Shown here piece after piece: positions 24,856-25,049 of a DNA stretch of 25,049 nt. Origin of the DNA: a virus (lineage: Duplodnaviria; Caudoviricetes); the IMG/VR virus record IMGVR_UViG_3300027892_000146, positions 1 through 25,049 of that record; one strand, 5' to 3'. Positions within the stretch are counted from its first letter, which is position 1. Each line of letters opens with the position of its first letter. Made by a program: the position numbers and the translations under genes. The notes beneath the pieces are model-generated. The model saw only the letters and a list, made by a program, of their open reading frames with translations, was not told the DNA's origin and did no database searches.

Positions 24856-25023
24856 TGCATAAAAACAGTGTAAAAAAGAAAATCACACTATAAGAACTAA
24901 TGTAGTATTCAGTATTAGGTGGAGTGCCTCCACGCATTTATTGCGTACGCGAGTCCCTCAGCCTCGACTGATCAGCGAGATGGGGAAAAGCCCTATCCTA
25001 ACTGACCCTAAGGAGGGACAGTA

Positions 25024-25049
25024 GTGGACCAAATCAAACAAATGATGGA
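25024..25049 (+). CDS. Start of next gene, probably major capsid/scaffold protein (partial)
   Basis: SD AAGGAGGG at 25010-25017, GTG GAC CAA ATC AAA CAA ATG ATG; identity inferred from synteny only. Confidence 0.45.

Overview
Fragment of a tailed dsDNA phage genome, most likely a moderately AT-rich actinobacteriophage. The host call is inferred from a cluster-B-mycobacteriophage-like portal and capsid protease, leaderless starts, and CRP-like and GACAC sites. Bases 1-6400 are an accessory/early-type region: small genes under sigma70-type promoters, an HslV-like Ntn peptidase, a dual-specificity phosphatase, an HTH protein, a lytic transglycosylase and a peptidoglycan-binding protein, plus a dispersed (GC)AAAAAGTAAAAA motif and a candidate anti-SD small RNA. 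Bases 6643-25049 are a head-morphogenesis operon: HTH protein, two hypotheticals, DUF1360-like protein, portal, 375-aa head protein, a 2474-aa multidomain protein (GNAT-like, WYL-like and C-terminal HipA/PI3K-like kinase domains), two small proteins, a 1782-aa capsid maturation protease fusion and the start of the probable major capsid gene. The head proteins share modules and carry hydrophobic-x-A-(A/S) motifs at domain boundaries, which suggests protease-processed polyproteins that load enzymatic effectors into the virion. All family assignments come from motif recognition by eye; no database searches were run.
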